A DNA stretch of 64,000 nucleotides, taken from positions 64,001 through 128,000 of IMG/VR virus record IMGVR_UViG_3300001528_000192; one strand, written 5' to 3'. The number at the start of each line of letters is the position of its first letter. Position 1 is the stretch's first letter. Positions 8,252 to 21,900 of the stretch are shown in pieces. The notes beneath the pieces are model-generated. The model ran no database searches, was not told where the DNA came from, and worked only from the letters and a program-made list of their open reading frames with translations. Source of the stretch: a virus (taxonomy: Duplodnaviria; Heunggongvirae; Uroviricota; Caudoviricetes). Made by a program: the position numbers and the translations under genes.

Positions 8252-8851
8252 ATGGGAACTATTAAAAGCAATTATATTATATGCCTAGACAATGGACATG
8301 GAGTAAACACTCCAGGAAAGTGTAGCCCAGATAAAAGACTCAGGGAATATTACTATGCTAGAGAAATAGTTAAAAGACTGGAATCCAAATTAAAAGAGAA
8401 TGGCTATAAAGTATATGTAGTTACTCCAGAACAGGAAGATGTTTCTCTAAGAGAAAGATGTCAGAGGATTAATAAGGTATGCAGATAGAATGAAAATAAA
8501 GCTATCTCAATCTCTGTGCATTGCAATGCAGCTGGCGCTGACGGTAAGTGGCATACTGCCTCTGGTTGGAGTGTGTTTATATCGCAAAATGCTTCTCAAA
8601 ATTCAAAGAGACTAGCAAAAACCCTTTATGACGAGGCTCTCTCTTTAAATCTTAAAGGAAATAGAGCTGTTCCAAAGGAACATTATTGGGTTCAGAATCT
8701 TGCAATGTGTCGAGACACTATTTGCCCAGCAGTACTAACAGAGAATCTTTTTCAGGATAACAAAGAGGACGTAGATTTTCTGCTTTCAGAAAAAGGAAAG
8801 CAAGCTATAGTAGATGCTCACTATAATGGAATTGTAAAATATCTAGGATAA
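8252..8851 (+). CDS. N-acetylmuramoyl-L-alanine amidase (Amidase_3) endolysin, 199 aa (TAG at 8486)
   Basis: LDNGHG, RE (Zn ligands), SVHCNA and LTENLFQDN motifs are split across two track fragments joined by one TAG. Confidence 0.92.
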
Positions 8852-10842
8852 TGGACATAGAAAAGGAACTATAGCAATTAAAATAGAGAATAACTTCATT
8901 AGAAACATAGAAAAATGTCTTGTTTGGAAGTTCTTACAGTAGTGCTGGTTCCTCTTCTTCTGATTATCTTATAAAGACTAGAGGGAAAGTTAAGATCCAA
9001 ATTGGAAATAAATTCATAGACCTCTTAAAAGACGGAAAAATAAATGTTGACTCTAAGTTCATTTTTAAAGAAAAAGAAGTAGGGTCAAAGGATGGAATAT
9101 ATATTATAGGAGACGGAGAGGATGCTAAAGTAATTATTTCCATAGGAGGATCTTAGATAGACTTAAAAGGAGAAATAGGAACCACCTATGTATCTTTCTT
9201 AGGTGCTTAGGAAACAACTCCAGAACAAAAGCACACTGCTCTTTAGAATATTGGATTTTTATACTAGAATGTTTCAGATATTTAGTCAAATGGGCTAAAG
9301 ACTGGAATAGTCTACGTAGAGTCAGAGTAGAAACTGTATATTGTCCAAGACGGTCAATTAACAGAATTTACTATAGACTTTCCTAATCCCTATCCAAAAT
9401 AGTTCGTTATATCCAAAACTGACAAGGATAAAGGGGCTTTAGTAATAAAGGGTTCTGGAATAGAAAATTCTTTGGCTTTTGACTCCTTATCATTGTATTC
9501 GTCTGGAGGAGGTACTTATATGGATTCCTCTGGGGAAATTTATATGAGAATTGGGGAGGAAGAGAAGATTCTTATAGGGGAATCTCAAGTAGTATTTTCT
9601 AATAAAGTAATCTCTTAGACATTTCAGTCTAAGAATGCAACAGAGTCATCTGGATTCAGATTGTATGTTGACTAGGGTGAATCTACTTTAGAAGTTGACA
9701 ATTTAGTAGTAAGAAAGAGTTCTAATCTCTCTTCAAATAATTCTTCAAATCTATACCCAAAGTACTGGTATAGAGAAAACAACCTAATCTCGGACATTTC
9801 AGAAATGAAAGACCCAGATAATCCAGACTAGATTGGATATGCGGTAGACCTAGTTTATCAAAATAAATTTCAGGTTAAGGATTCTTTATATGTCTTTGCT
9901 TCTATAAAGAAGGAGGAAGACTTAGCAAGTAGTTTAATACTTTTGCCACTTAAGGTAGAAGCCCTTAACACTGAAACAGGCAATATAATATATGTGAGCT
10001 TACAACAGGATCTTATAAGTGAAGAAGATTACAAAAAACTATCTTCCGATAAGGTGCTTAGTGCATTAAAATTCTAGACGGTATTTCTAGCTGGAAGAGA
10101 TGAGGCTATATCTCTAATTAGGAGAGACTTCTAGAATATTGATTTATTAACTTCTTCAGGATTTGCCGACGAATAGGATATTAAGAAAGTATCGACTAGA
10201 ATTGGAAATATAGAGGAACTCAATCTATCAAGTCGAAAGGATGATGAGGAAGTACCTATAAAAGGTATTGGTATGTATTCTGACAATGCTTGTTTTTTGA
10301 AGGCATAGTATACATCTTCTTACGACTTACCTTCCAAAGATTCCTCCTCTAAATTTGCATCAACTGAATGGGTTAACAAGCTGATCCCTAAGGGTTCTAT
10401 TATAATGTTTAGTGGTCTATCCTCAGAAATTCCAGATGGGTGGCATATATGTGATGGAACTGGCGGAACTCCAAACCTAATAGGAAGGTTTATTAAAGCA
10501 TCTAATGCATCTGGAGAAATAGGCGGCAATTCTACTATATAGATTTTAGAAGAAAATATGCCAAAACATACTCATACATTTGTTGGAAATCAGGTAACTA
10601 CTTCAGAAGCTGGAGCGCATACTCATACCATTAGAGGAAAGTATGGAAAGTCTGATAACGCTAATGATAGGAATTGTCTAGAAACTGGCTCAGAAACTGA
10701 TTTAATTACCACGTCACAATCCGGAGCTCATACCCACACAATAGATATGAGCAATACTTAGCTAAGCTATTAGGGAGAGGGGAAGCCCATAGAGTTTGAG
10801 CCCTTATACTACTCTCTCATTTATATTATGAAAACGAGTTGA
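8851..10842 (+). CDS. Tail protein with C-terminal tail-collar domain, 663 aa (about 20 TAG=Gln)
   Basis: TAATG-coupled start. No TAA/TGA in frame until 10840. IPKGSIIMF...IPDGWHICDGTGGTPNLIGRF is a tail-collar motif. Confidence 0.85.
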
Positions 10843-10900
10843 AAGTATTTTTCAGTGGAAAAAAGAATATTATATTTACAAACGTTAAAAAAGTTAAATT

Positions 10901-11974
10901 ATGGAAATAGGAAATAATGATGACATTGACTTCATCGACGAATTAGACGATGAACAGCAATCTAATGAGCAAAAGCAGGATCCAGAGCCTGATAATCATC
11001 AAGAACCTGAAAAGCAGGAGCCATAGGATCCAGACAATACAGATACTCCAGATCCGAACGAAGAAAAGGAGGATGATTTTCTTACCTCTCTTCTAAAATC
11101 TAGAGGAATTGAAGATAAATCTAAGATCAAGTTTGCAACAGAAGAAGGTGATGTAGAAGAGGTAGATTGGGATAGTCTAAGCAATGAAGACAAACTTAAC
11201 ATTCTTAGTTCTTCTGAAAGCACCCCTGAAAACGGCTTAGATGAGTCCGAAATTCAACTCATAAATGCTATTAGGAATAGTGGTATGAGTCCAGCTGAGT
11301 ATCTTCAATTTATAGGAAATGGAGAGGTTCAACGCTACATTCAAAACTCTCAACAACCACAATATGAAATTGATGCATATTCTGATGACGAGTTGTTCCT
11401 TATGGACTTTATGAGCAGAATGGGAGAGGTAACGGAAGATGAAGCAACCGAAGCTTTAGAAAGGGCTAAAGCTAATGAAGGTCTGTTTAAGAAGCAAATA
11501 GAAGCTATTCGTAACGAATATAAGCAAGCGGAACAGGAGAATCAAATGCAAGCACAGCTTGAGCAAGAATAGATTGCTCAATAGCAATATGACTAGTTTT
11601 CTGATTAGATAGTAGACGAAATCAACAATCTTAGAGAAATTCAAGGATTTGAGTTGAATATGGAGAATAATGACATGCAGGAACTTTATGACTTTATTAC
11701 TGGTCAAGATGCTGCTGGAAATAATTATTTAGCCAAAGCTTTATCGGATCCTCATATTCTAGTTAAGACTGCCTGGTTAGCTCTAAATGGTGATCAAATG
11801 ATCAACGATATTACAAGTTATTTCCAGAAGGAAATAGCAAGTGTTCGTAAAGAAAGTTATAAAAAAGGAGTTACTGATACTCAGAAGAAGATGGAGAAAA
11901 CTGATAAAGTTGTATTTAAGGATACACATACTAAGCCATCAAAGGAAGTATTCGACGACCTTGATGACCTTTAA
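10901..11974 (+). CDS. Acidic coiled-coil protein upstream of MCP, possible scaffolding protein, 357 aa
   Basis: Track fragments 11285 and 11654 are in the same frame and join via TAG. D/E/Q/P-rich N-terminus. Function inferred from position only. Confidence 0.7.
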
Positions 11975-12004
11975 TTTTTAAATTAATCTTTATATTTTAG
12001 TAAT

Positions 12005-13432
12005 ATGTTAGTTGCAAATTTTACAAGCAGAATCCCTACAATGGGTTAGACAAAAACATACGAGGACTGGTCTAAGTACCTCGGAAGTAAACCTCATCGT
12101 ATCGGTGTAGTTGCCCGTATGTACACAGATAATACTCTTAACTTCATTACTGATGGTTTGAGAAATATCTTCTACAAAGATGAGAAAGCAGACCAATTCC
12201 AACTTTCTAGTTCACTTTTGTTTGAGTGGATTGTTGAAACTAACAATATTAAGAAAGTTGAATTTGCAGAAGTTCCAACTGAAACAGGAGAAAATGGAAC
12301 AGAAATTACAATGGCATTTAGGGAAAATTACTACCAGAAATATGACATTTTCCGTATTGATAAGACAAAGCAGCAATGTCAGGTAGTGAGCCGCCCAATC
12401 CGTAAACGTGATGACTATTGGGAAGTTCAGGTACGCCTAATCGACAATGATTATGATACTATACTTGATACTGACGGATGTCAAGTAGGTGATACTACTA
12501 CATTCCAGTCTGTAGCTATGCCTGAACTATCAGAAGAGGGTTACTCAAAATTCCAGAGCCAAATGGAGCGTCATCGCAACTTTATGACTACATTCCGTGC
12601 AGATGCTAGCTGGTCTAGCTTGTTTGCTATTCAGGAAAATGTATTCATGAGCATTGCTGACGACAAGGATCAAACTAAATCTGAAGGTGTATATAAGATG
12701 CTCAAGAAGGAGAAGGAACTTCTTGATACATTTATGTATGCGATGAATACAGGTCTTACATTCAATAAGGGTAATATTGATGTAAACGGTAAGGCTACTA
12801 TTTCAGAGCCAGAAACTGGACGTCCAATTTATATTGGCGAAGGTCTTATTCCTCAGATTGAGGCTGCTGCAAACAAGTATTGCTATAGCAATAGACCTAA
12901 TCTACAATTATTTAACATGATTATGTCAGATATGGCTGACAAGGCTCAATCTGATACAGGTAACAAGTTTATCTTCATTGTTAACAGGAAGATGTGGAAC
13001 GATCTACAGATGACTCTTGGTGAGTATCTTGCTAACTATAGAACCGATGGTACTTATATGTACTCTAAGTCTGCAAATAAGGGCTTAGGTGGATATGTTA
13101 AGGTAGGTGCTACATTCGACACTTACGAATATGCAGGAAACCAAGTAAGCTTCGTAGTTGACCGTGCACTAACTCGCGAATATCCTACAAAGGGATACGG
13201 TGTGTGCATCGATTTGACTGCTGATAAAACTTCTGGTACTCCAGCTATTGCTAAATTTAGCTTGACTGGTAAGGACTTCATGACTAACAAGATTGTTGGT
13301 GTTGGAGGCTACGATGGAAAGAGTTCTGGTGAAGTTGCTAGCAACGTTGCTGGTTCTAAACTTGTTATGATGGGTTATGCAGGTGTTGCTGCATTTACTC
13401 CTTATAGAAGCGTAATCGTAAGAGAAGCTTAA
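12005..13432 (+). CDS. Major capsid protein (crAss-like), 475 aa (single TAG at codon 15)
   Basis: MLVANFTSRIPTMG(Q)TKTYEDWSKYLGSKPHRIGVVARMY... resembles crAss-like MCP N-termini. Size, position and the strong downstream terminator fit. Confidence 0.85.
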
Positions 13433-13459
13433 TAAAAATTAATAATAGAAACTAGATTG

Positions 13460-13497
13460 ACAGGAGGAGCCGTAAAACCCTCCTCCTGTATGTTTTT
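13460..13497 (+). terminator. Intrinsic terminator after MCP
   Basis: ACAGGAGGAG...CTCCTCCTGT 10-bp stem followed by ATGTTTTT. Confidence 0.75.
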
Positions 13498-13516
13498 AAT
13501 GATAATATGAACTAAT

Positions 13517-14389
13517 ATGGCAACAAATACTGGAGTAAAAAAGACAGTGACCAAAACTGATGTCGTTTTTGACGACAAAATAATTACATTAAGAAGCGTA
13601 TATGACAAGGCAAACATTAAATACATGATTATGCCTTGTAAGAATAAGTATGGACAATATCCAAGCTGTATTAAAAGAGTTAATTCTCAAGGTGACATGA
13701 TTATGAGTGAAAAGGAAAGGAATGAGTTCTCTGAGGGAACTGCAGTATTCTTCCCAGAAAATCACTTATTTGAAGTTACTAGTGGAAAAACCTACAACTT
13801 GAATGACATTTACGATAAAGCAGAGTGGGAAGCAATAGAAAACTGCCCTTATATTGCTAAGAGTCGTGATGCTCGTGACGAAAAAGGTAATCTAATCATA
13901 GACGGACCTAAGTCTACCCCTAGTAAGCCTACTAGGAATGGTGTAGCAGAGCTATATATTGATAGACCTGGTTTGGATACACAGCGTAGAGTATCTCATA
14001 AGCAGCTGATTCACAAGGCAGAATCGTTCATTTATGATGATCCACGTGGCGCAGAAGGTAATTTGAATATGGCTAGGATTCTTGGTAAGGATATGCGCAA
14101 TCAACCTACTGCTGACGTTATTGACTTTCTAGTTAGGGTAGCAGAAAAAGATCCTAACAAGATTATTAATCTTTATACGGGAGATGATATTTCTCTGCGA
14201 CTAACCTTTATAGAGGCTAAGGAGAAGAAGGTTATCTATATTAAGAATAAGCTGTACTTATATGGAGATAACATTGTTCTAGGAGCTACTGATGACGCAG
14301 TTATTGCATGGATGAAGGATCCAAAGAATCAGAAAGTCTTAGAATTAATTAAGAAAGATACCTACCCAGATTATTATAGGGCTGAGTAA
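13517..14389 (+). CDS. Hypothetical (head module) protein, 290 aa, TAG-free
   Basis: Long ORF ending in TAA. Confidence 0.85.
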   Translation: MATNTGVKKTVTKTDVVFDDKIITLRSVYDKANIKYMIMPCKNKYGQYPSCIKRVNSQGDMIMSEKERNEFSEGTAVFFPENHLFEVTSGKTYNLNDIYDKAEWEAIENCPYIAKSRDARDEKGNLIIDGPKSTPSKPTRNGVAELYIDRPGLDTQRRVSHKQLIHKAESFIYDDPRGAEGNLNMARILGKDMRNQPTADVIDFLVRVAEKDPNKIINLYTGDDISLRLTFIEAKEKKVIYIKNKLYLYGDNIVLGATDDAVIAWMKDPKNQKVLELIKKDTYPDYYRAE

Positions 14390-14460
14390 TCAGCATGTAT
14401 ATGTGTTGAGATATAGCATATACAAGCTAGATAAGACGATAAAATAGCTAAAAAAAAAAC

Positions 14461-15498
14461 ATGGCAATGACAGCTAGACAAGTTTGGGAAGGAATGTTGA
14501 CTGAGCTTAGTAAGGTGAATGCACCTAGTATGCTACTATAGGACTTCAACTACTTCTTTAATAAAGCTATAAACCAATACATTAATAAGAGGTATAATAT
14601 CTATGATATTAATCAGCAAACCTCGGATGATTTAAGAGTCTTAAAAGCTACTTCAATCCTAGAAGCTAAACTAGCTACCCAAAGTGAGCCTTTGAAGGCA
14701 CTAGTAAGCTTAGGAGCAGGAAAATCAAAGCTATTTGGGGCAACCTATGAAGTAACTCTACCTTCTGACTATCTCCATATACTCAACTGTGTATGCATTT
14801 ATAAGGTTAATAAGAATTGGAAGTGTTATAATGCAGGAGACTATGTGCAATTTGCTGCAAAGAGATTGACCGCCGACTCCTGGTCAGTAATTGTGAATGA
14901 TTACTACAATAGACCTCTTCCAGAAAGACCTTATTTCTATATACACAATATCAATATAAATAATACTGTTCCAACAAATCCTATAACATCAGATAATCCA
15001 AATGGTACAGATATGGCTACAAAATACGACGTAACCACAAGTACTTCATCTGTTGGAGGAGTTGATGGAACTGCAGGAAAATCTAACTTTAATAGAACCA
15101 TTACTCTAGGAGAACCAGACAAGCGTTCTGTAAGTACGGTTGAAAGAGATGCAGGTACTAGATATGGTAATGCTTCTAACGTTAGAATGGAAATTAGGTA
15201 TGGTCACGATAATAGTGTTTTCTCACTAGAGAAAGTATTCATTGACTACATTAAATCACCTCAGACAATTAGATTGACATAGGAACAGGTTAACCTTACA
15301 GAAGACACATCACAAATCATGGAATTTCCTGATTATGTATGTCAAGAGATTATAAATGAGCTGACAATGTTGGTCATGGAAAATACAGCTGACCCACGTT
15401 TACAAACTAATCCTACAGTTACACAGTCTATTGCAAACCCAGCTCAGCAATAGGCACCTCAACCACAACCTCAGCAAGCACAAGCCCAGAGGGGTTAA
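14461..15498 (+). CDS. crAss-like structural (head-tail/ring-type) protein, 345 aa (TAG at 14539, 15280, 15451)
   Basis: MTARQVWEGMLTELSKVNAPSMLL(Q)DFNYFFNKAINQYINKRYN. C-terminal PAQQ(Q)APQPQPQQAQ places TAG inside a Gln-rich tract. Confidence 0.8.
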
Positions 15499-15512
15499 AA
15501 ATAATTTAAATT

Positions 15513-16487
15513 ATGTTTCAATTTACTACAACTAACGTAATTAATTCAAACGTAGATCTTACAACTGGTAAACCACTATGGTCTGCACAGGATAAGACAG
15601 CTACTAAACCTGCAAGCCTTAACGTAAAAAGGGTAAACAACTTTAAGAGTGATAGCGTAGTTGCTATCTATAAAGCAGAGGCAAGTGATCCAGAATTGGC
15701 AAAAGTTACTCTAGATTTATCACAGCTCAATGGTAAAGATGGAGATTCCTTTAGACTTGCCATTTACGTAGGTCTTTCACAGGCATCACAGGATTCTCGT
15801 TATTCTAATGACATGATCTTAAAGGGTAAGCCATTTGCTGTAGACTTCGTTTGGAAGACTTCTGCAGCAGAGGTAGCAAAGGCTCTAGAGAAAACTATCA
15901 AGAAGTATAACGTACTTGTCTATGGAGATAAACTCTTGAATGTATCTTATAGTGGTACTTGTATTACTATAGAGGCTACTAATGAATACCAGAGGTTCAG
16001 AAAGGTAAATCTTGAGAAGTTTGATGAAGCAGCTCACTTTGGTATGGGAGAATACAACGTTGTAAGGTCTCTTGATGACCTTACAGAGAAAGATACTAAT
16101 GCTGAAGTTACTGCAACTGATGAAGGTTACTTCGTAGGTAAGGAAGGCTTCGGAACTTATTCATTCCTTCTTCACAATCTACGTCTTCCTACTTCAGCAC
16201 GTACTCGTGCATTTGGTATCAACCAAGATGAAACTCCTATAGTTGGAGCTAAGTATAATCAATATACTATCCACTATTGCGCTGACAGGGGCATTTTGGG
16301 ATTGAATGCTGTTGGTGATACTGTTAAGTCAGTTACAACTCATGTCTTCTATGTTAAGAGCGATCTTGCTGCAGATTTTGAAGTAGCTTTAAACAAGATT
16401 GCTCCGGACAATAAAATTGAGGAAGTAAAGACTCAGAAAGCTGAAGTTAGTAAGCCAGTAGTAACTAAGGCTTCTAAGAAAGATTGA
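15513..16487 (+). CDS. Probable structural protein, 324 aa, TAG-free
   Basis: Long ORF ending in TGA, followed by a terminator. Confidence 0.85.
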   Translation: MFQFTTTNVINSNVDLTTGKPLWSAQDKTATKPASLNVKRVNNFKSDSVVAIYKAEASDPELAKVTLDLSQLNGKDGDSFRLAIYVGLSQASQDSRYSNDMILKGKPFAVDFVWKTSAAEVAKALEKTIKKYNVLVYGDKLLNVSYSGTCITIEATNEYQRFRKVNLEKFDEAAHFGMGEYNVVRSLDDLTEKDTNAEVTATDEGYFVGKEGFGTYSFLLHNLRLPTSARTRAFGINQDETPIVGAKYNQYTIHYCADRGILGLNAVGDTVKSVTTHVFYVKSDLAADFEVALNKIAPDNKIEEVKTQKAEVSKPVVTKASKKD

Positions 16488-16510
16488 GATTATCATTATA
16501 TCTAATAATG

Positions 16511-16543
16511 AGGCGAGGGCGTATTAATCGCCTTCGCCTTTTT
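16511..16543 (+). terminator. Intrinsic terminator
   Basis: AGGCGAGGGCG-TATTAAT-CGCCTTCGCCT followed by TTTT. Confidence 0.8.
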
Positions 16544-16556
16544 CTATTTATATATT

Positions 16557-17249
16557 ATGTACAATCAATTTGAAAAGCTAGCTTCTGCTATTAGAAATGA
16601 CGTAGTAGCTGGACTCAGAGGATACCACACAAATCTCTCTATGTCTATGGAATAGCTTGAGCAGGATATAGTAGATGAGAGACTTCAAATCTTAAAAGAG
16701 TACTCTTTAAAGGGAGTGTTGCCGACTAAGGATTTATATCTTTCGATTAATTGTATTCCAGTAGACTGTAAGAGTATTGACAGATGTAGATGTAATCGAG
16801 AAGATCCTTGCTCTGATCCTCCTATTGCCCACTTTGAGATTCCTCAAATTCTTAATGATTATGGAAGTCTTTCAATAGATTACATAGGATCTGTAGATAG
16901 ACAACTTCCATTTATATACTATACCTCTGCTACTGCCTTCCGGTACCATAAATATAGAAAGAGGGGAAAGAATAGACCTTATGTTTGGATAGATACTACT
17001 CCAAATGAAAATGGGATGTATGACTGTTTTATCTTTAATGCCCCCCTGCTAAGTACAGTATCTATCTCGGCAATCTTTAAAGATTTAAGACAATTGGGAA
17101 ACTATGGTTGTTGTGTAGATTTACAGGATGATAATATGACATTTATCAACAACGAAATAAAGAAAAGAGTTATAGAAAAGAAGATAAGGTATTATCGTAG
17201 TTTTGCTCCTAGCAATCTACCTAATGATTAGGCTTATTAGCCAGGTTAA
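16557..17249 (+). CDS. Putative tail/connector protein, 230 aa
   Basis: ATG 16557 is in frame with track fragment 16716. TAG read-through to TAA 17247. Confidence 0.8.
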
Positions 17250-17260
17250 TATAATATACT

Positions 17261-17953
17261 ATGATGAATGATTTCCACTATGCCATGAGTTTAATGGAAA
17301 CTCTGTATGGAATTACAATGCAAGAAGACCAATTTGAAGAAACTGCTTTAGTTGGGTGGAATCTAATTGGAAATAAAAGAACTAGACTATATAGGTATTC
17401 TACATGTGTTTCAGATTGCTCTGAGGGGGTGCAACTTCCGTGCAATGTTGATATTATAGAAGCTGTAACAACTAATTTCGAGGAATGGAATTATTCAACA
17501 AATGATACTCCCAATGGAGACATTAACTCAGCTTATGTAGAGTCCTATATAGAACATAGAAAAGCCTTTAGAAGCCCGCTCTACCTTCCAGGGAAACTTA
17601 TCCATTATGAGAGAGTAGGCGATATGCTTTACTTCGATAGACCTCACGGAAAAATTAATATTCTATATAAGGGGCTTGTCCTAGATGAGGATGGACTACC
17701 TCAGATAACTGATAAGGAAGCGTCAGCTTTAGCCACATATTGTGCATATGTTTCTAAGTTCAAAGAAGGTCTGCAAACTAATAATGCAAACATTATTCAA
17801 CTAGCCAACGAACTTAAGAGAAGATGGGATGTACAATGTGACTAGGCTCGGATTGATCACTATATGTCCTAGAATGAGTGGGACGAAGTGCTTGATGCGA
17901 AAGTTAGCTGGAATAGAAAGAGCTTTGGTAAATCTTTAAAACTATATAGGTAA
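17261..17953 (+). CDS. Putative tail protein, 230 aa
   Basis: Extends past TAG 17843 to TAA 17951, which overlaps the next ATG (TAATG). Confidence 0.8.
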
Positions 17954-18972
17954 TGAGGTATGCCCTTGGATGTTCCTTCAATACTAATGATCTATTTTTC
18001 AACTTTCCTTATAAGAAGTTAAAGTTGAATTGTAAAGATTGCTTGAAAATAATAGGGGATGCTCATAGATCTATTCTCGTAAAGAGAATATTTAGAGTCT
18101 CTATGAAGATAGTAATATAGGATATAGTAGAAAGAAATGTGACATTCTGGCTCCCTCTGACTGGAGATAAGAAGTGTAATATGCACATGAAGAGGGTTTC
18201 AGGTAAAGACTTTCAAAAGCTACGTCAGGCTGGAAAATGGGATGATATAGATATAGTGAACTCTAACTTTTCTGGATATGAAATAGGATTTTATATGTTG
18301 GGGAAAAGAACTCCAAGGGTAAAAACTGTGTATGTAGATAGACGCACTAAAGAAACTATATCTAGGTATACTAATATGGGTAAATAGTATGGGGATAGCA
18401 ACCTTGACACTAAGATCTCTGATTACTATCATCAGATTTACAAACAGTTTCCAAAGGTTTCTGAAGAGGATATTAGAAGAATTTTGGTTTTTGCTTGGAA
18501 ATCTGTATACTTACACAATAGTTATGGAGGAGATCTATTGGTCTCTGGAGATTCTACGTGGTATTATATAGGAAATTTAAGAAAGAACTCAATACAGCAC
18601 TTTCACTATTATATACGTAAGCTTATTACAAAAACAAGAGTTGCATATAGAAGAGAGGGCAGTCCTTGGAAGGGTTATTATTACTTTGCATTATCAGATA
18701 AGTAGTACGAATACTATCTTCTCCAGAAGAACAAGAAAGGAAGACCTAGAAAGAAATTTGACTTTGGATCTGTATTTATGTATGAGATACTAGATGAGTG
18801 TAAACTTAATGAGCACTCTAAAAAGTATATATTTAGGACTCCTACTATAGCTCCTATAAAGCTTAAATATTTTTCAGACAAATTAGTCGCAAGTGCAGAA
18901 TTAGTAGAGACTAGATCTCCTCTAAAATTTAAAGATATATTAGTAAATGACAATGAATATGAATTTCTATGA
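17953..18972 (+). CDS. Basic conserved hypothetical protein, 339 aa
   Basis: Three same-frame track fragments (18139, 18484, 18778) join via TAG. Coupled at both ends by TAATG and ATGA overlaps. Confidence 0.8.
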
Positions 18973-21900
18973 GAAAAGCAGACACAGTTAATACCTTTTA
19001 GGAAGGAATGATTATGGATTTGAATCCATTAGTCACTCCGAACAATGTACTTACTAATTGTCTGAATGGAACAATTACAACCTTTAATGGAAATGAGAAT
19101 GTCTTATAGAACGACATGGGAAATGGTCGTGTAGAGACAGCTTTTCTACCAGAAGGATATGTACCACTTGGTACAGCAGAATTAGGTGGAGTCATTTATG
19201 TGGTTTCATATAATCCCCTAAATAATAGATGTTAGATAGGCTCCTTTCCTTCTCCAGAAAGAAATGTTTCTTCGGATGAGATTAGTAATATAGTTTGCAC
19301 ACTTAGTGAAAAGGATTTTCAATGGGATGTAAGCAATGGCGCGTATGTATATTATTTAAAAAAGGATTTGGATTCTGAATTAACTTTTAACCCTGGAGAT
19401 AAGTTTATAGTTTATGGACACGACATTTCAGGGAATTACTCTAAGTTCTACAACTCTTCTAAATATAATCCAACAGACTTTGATACTGCAAAGGAACAAA
19501 CAATAAGGCTTGACATAGGTACTATAACTGACACTGGAAAGCTTGTTAAATTTTCTGACCTGAAGGAATATAATCTAGGCAACGGTCGGAAATACCATAT
19601 ATATGAACATAAAGGCAAGTAGAGTGGTACAGTGAAGCCAAATCTAGATGATTATCGTAGTCTGGTATCTCAACCCTATAATGTATTCAATAGTAAGGTA
19701 TCCGGACGTTTAGTATTAATAGCTGAATTAGTTTAGTGTAATACATTTGATATTGAGTTATCTCATGTATTTAGCCAAGACGAGAAGAAAGATTACATAC
19801 CTAATGTGACATTTAATTTCGGAGGAGAGTATCCATTTATTCCAAATAGTGTAAAATGTGAATTTGAACTTCTAAAAGAAGGTTCCTCAATTGCCTCGGA
19901 TAAATTTTATTTTGATACTTTAGGTTCTGTACGAAATACTATAGGTGCAAATAACATGTCCTACTCAATTTTGGCTGAAAATATATTAAATAAAGGAACA
20001 AATGTTAAGGCTCAAATGTAGGCTCTATCTAATGAAGGATATTTTACTCAGAAAGACAGAGAAGGTAACTATGTATTAAGATATACTTTTACTCCATGCA
20101 TGAATTGGGGTCCTATATCATATTTAGCTGTTTCTGGATCTATCGATTTGGATAAACTAGGAACTGGCTATATAGGGTTAAATTCCTGGAGATACTATAA
20201 GTAGGATAGTAAGATAAGTTTAACCTGGGGACTTGATGTTTATGAAGAGGACGGATATAGTGTTACTGGAGTATCTATGGAATTTACAAGATTTCTTAGT
20301 AAGAACACAGTCGACACAACCATATACACAATCAATAAAAAAGCCTCATATCATGGAATATTCTATGATATTCTTCCTCTAGACTAGGACTACTTTAGAC
20401 TTGATAAGAAACTTATTCCAAATACCTTATACCTAGTTAAGATTAAGGTAACTTACACTAAAACAGATAAAGATGAATCAATTAAAACTACCCCAGAGGA
20501 AAGAATTTTTTATAGGTGGCTATACACCAATGAAGTCTTTAATTAGTATTATGTAAATACTGTTGATTTCAAGGAACTATCTTTAGATTTAACTCCGGAT
20601 TTTTCTATGAATTATACAGTCAAGAGTACTGATAAGGAATCATCAACTATATATGGAATACTCAATCCTAGTATAGAGGGAGTATCTGATGAAGTAAAGG
20701 CTCAACTCAAATCATCTAAGTCCTCTCTAAGTGCAATTTAGACACTAAGAGATTCAGTTTTAAACTGTGAAGTATCCATAGGATTATCTAAAACCTATAA
20801 TACATTCTATTTAGAGGGGTTGAAAGATGCATTCTCTCTTACACTATCTAAAGGTGATTTAGAGCCTGTTACTGGAGCTACTATAAAATATACAGATAGA
20901 GAAGATAGTAACTAGGACTAGTATTTATTTTCCTCTGCGAAATTAGTAGAGGACTTGTCAAAGTATAAATTGCAATCATCAAGTGGGGAGGATAAAAGCG
21001 ATATTCTCATTGGAACAGAAGAGAATCCCTTCCCTACTAATGCAGTTAAACTGACATCTTCTAATATAACTCCCGAATTTAAAGAAAACATATATTCATT
21101 CAAAATATAGTATTCAGCTTTACAATTAGTTAAAGCCTATTGTACTAAGTATGAAACCAGCCTCACCTACTCTGGAAGATTACTTCCACTTGCATATGAT
21201 ACAGATTCCTTTGACTTATATAATTTAGAGCTATCAGGATCATATTGGAGACCAAAGAAGCTTGGAACATATAGTTTCCACGAGTCTGGTGGAAAGGATG
21301 GACATGTATCAGTAGGAATAGCCAATGCTGATGGTACAGTAGATGAGACAGAGGTTGAAAAAAGTAATGACGTAGATTTGAATTGGACGACAGATGAGGA
21401 TGTAGCATCTGCAGAACAATCCCATGCTTGGTCCAACACAGCAATATTCGCTGTCCATTGGAATGGTGGAGGAGGTTCAAAGTAGACTATGTATGGTAAT
21501 CCTTACACTGGATCCGACAGAACATATTCTGAAGCTATGACTGAATATAATGGAAGTAATGGAAGAACTAGAGTATAGCTAATGTTGCGATCAAACAATG
21601 GAAGTTACTTCTATCCAATAGATTTCTCTAGTAAATCAAGAGCAAGTAATTATAATTCTGTATTGTCATACGGTTAGAATTTCTTTAACGACTTTGCCTA
21701 GATTTTGAATAATTTGTATAGGTATGACGCTGAGGGATTCAGTACAGCATGCTTGCTTCCACAATCCATATATTACATGGATAATTGTACATATGGCTTT
21801 AGCTTACCTATCTCTATTAAATCAACAGATTCCTTAAAAAACTGTAAAGTTCAACTTGAACTCGACCAAGATAAAGTTGATCTAACTGAAGTAATAAGTA

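Noticed and set aside
14450-14459. A10 homopolymer (also tracts near 31204, 61720, 62132) as phase-variation sites
   Set aside because: All are intergenic and explained as AT-rich leaders or terminator tails. None is in a coding frame.
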